DNA of 49,838 nt from Nemertoderma westbladi (taxonomy: Eukaryota > Animalia > Xenacoelomorpha): assembly GCA_032718475.1 (NCBI GenBank), contig JAUCBJ010005131.1:1-49838 (forward strand), read 5' to 3'. The notes beneath the pieces were generated by a model. That model ran no database searches. It worked only from the letters and a program-made list of their open reading frames with translations, and was not told the DNA's origin. Numbering within the stretch: the first letter of the stretch is position 1; each line of letters opens with the position of its first letter. Made by a program: the position numbers and the translations under genes. Positions 49,216 to 49,838 of this stretch are shown here, one piece after another.

Positions 49216-49578
49216 TTAAAAAAACTCACATTAATTACTGTTATAAAGTAGAATGCATGAATTTTTGCTTCGGGTGTTTTGTAGGTCGGTGATTTCATCA
49301 TTTAAATGTTTTGCAACATTTTTTGGTAATATAATGTCAATTTGATTGAAGTGGAAACATGGAGTGAAATCGTCATATCTCCAAAAGTAAACATTTTGAG
49401 AAGCAATACCTTATTTTTTTAATTGTTTGTCCTATAAAAGTTGACAGTATATAAGTTAATATACTTTACTAACATATTAATATAAAGTATTAAATAATAG
49501 AAATACAAAAAAAAAAAATATTAATATAAAGTATATTATATAATATACTTTACTAATAATTAATTTACTCCCCTTCAG

Positions 49579-49701
49579 AAACAAATGAATGTTCTACTGG
49601 TGCTCATAATTGCCATACTATGGCAAGCTGCATAAATACTATTGGTGGATTCATTTGCGAATGTATTTCTGGCTATTCTGGAGACGGTGTAGAATGCACT
49701 G
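49579..49701 (+). CDS. Host exon encoding one calcium-binding EGF domain (fibrillin/nidogen/SCUBE-like EGF-repeat protein)
   Basis: ccccttcag acceptor, gtaagt donor, 123 bp, phase 1-1; (E)TNECSTGAHNCHTMASCINTIGGFICECISGYSGDGVECT has 6 Cys and the cbEGF consensus. Confidence 0.93.
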
Positions 49702-49838
49702 GTAAGTTACTCTTGTAAATAATTTAAATATGAAAACAATTTAAGCTATTTTTGTTTTATTAGTATTGAAAAGTTAAAACAAATTTGATTTGATCTACAA
49801 CTGATGGTACCATGCTATTACGGTAGCGGAGTTGTGTT

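Noticed and set aside
49764-49838. Next exon after the ttttattag acceptor
   Set aside because: The phase-1 frame hits TAA after a few codons and has no EGF pattern.

Overview
AT-rich eukaryotic (animal-type) DNA, almost entirely a nest of decayed transposable elements. One clear host exon lies at the far end: a 123-bp phase-1 calcium-binding EGF module at 49579-49701 (+). The window is therefore probably part of a very large intron, or the flank, of an EGF-repeat gene. Bel/Pao LTR retrotransposons dominate, labelled here A-D. A (+, ~1-24049) is interrupted several times. B (-, 9939-21772) has a full 3' LTR and a truncated 5' LTR. A' (-, ~24328-29400) is a relative of A. C (-, 33894-38531) has TSD tgatt/cgatt, and D (+, 41222-46342) has TSD aaata. 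Also present: a hAT-like element with 430-bp TIRs and an 8-bp TSD carrying a Bel/Pao gag fragment, piggyBac-like TTAA MITEs, two foldback elements, RTE- and CRE-clade LINE 3' ends, a Gypsy integrase fragment and a Helentron-like repeat. The most unusual signals are: (1) unrelated, unrecognised accessory ORFs downstream of pol or next to the 3' LTR in three Bel/Pao elements, one with a cysteine-protease-like GHCGxxA motif; (2) element B's gag-protease frame kept open across two large in-frame deletions, with the integrase restored by a recombinant duplication; (3) the gag-carrying hAT; (4) a hairpin tandem array in D's 3' UTR. No intact autonomous element, RNA gene or CRISPR array was seen. All calls were made by eye with no database searches, and some boundaries are approximate.
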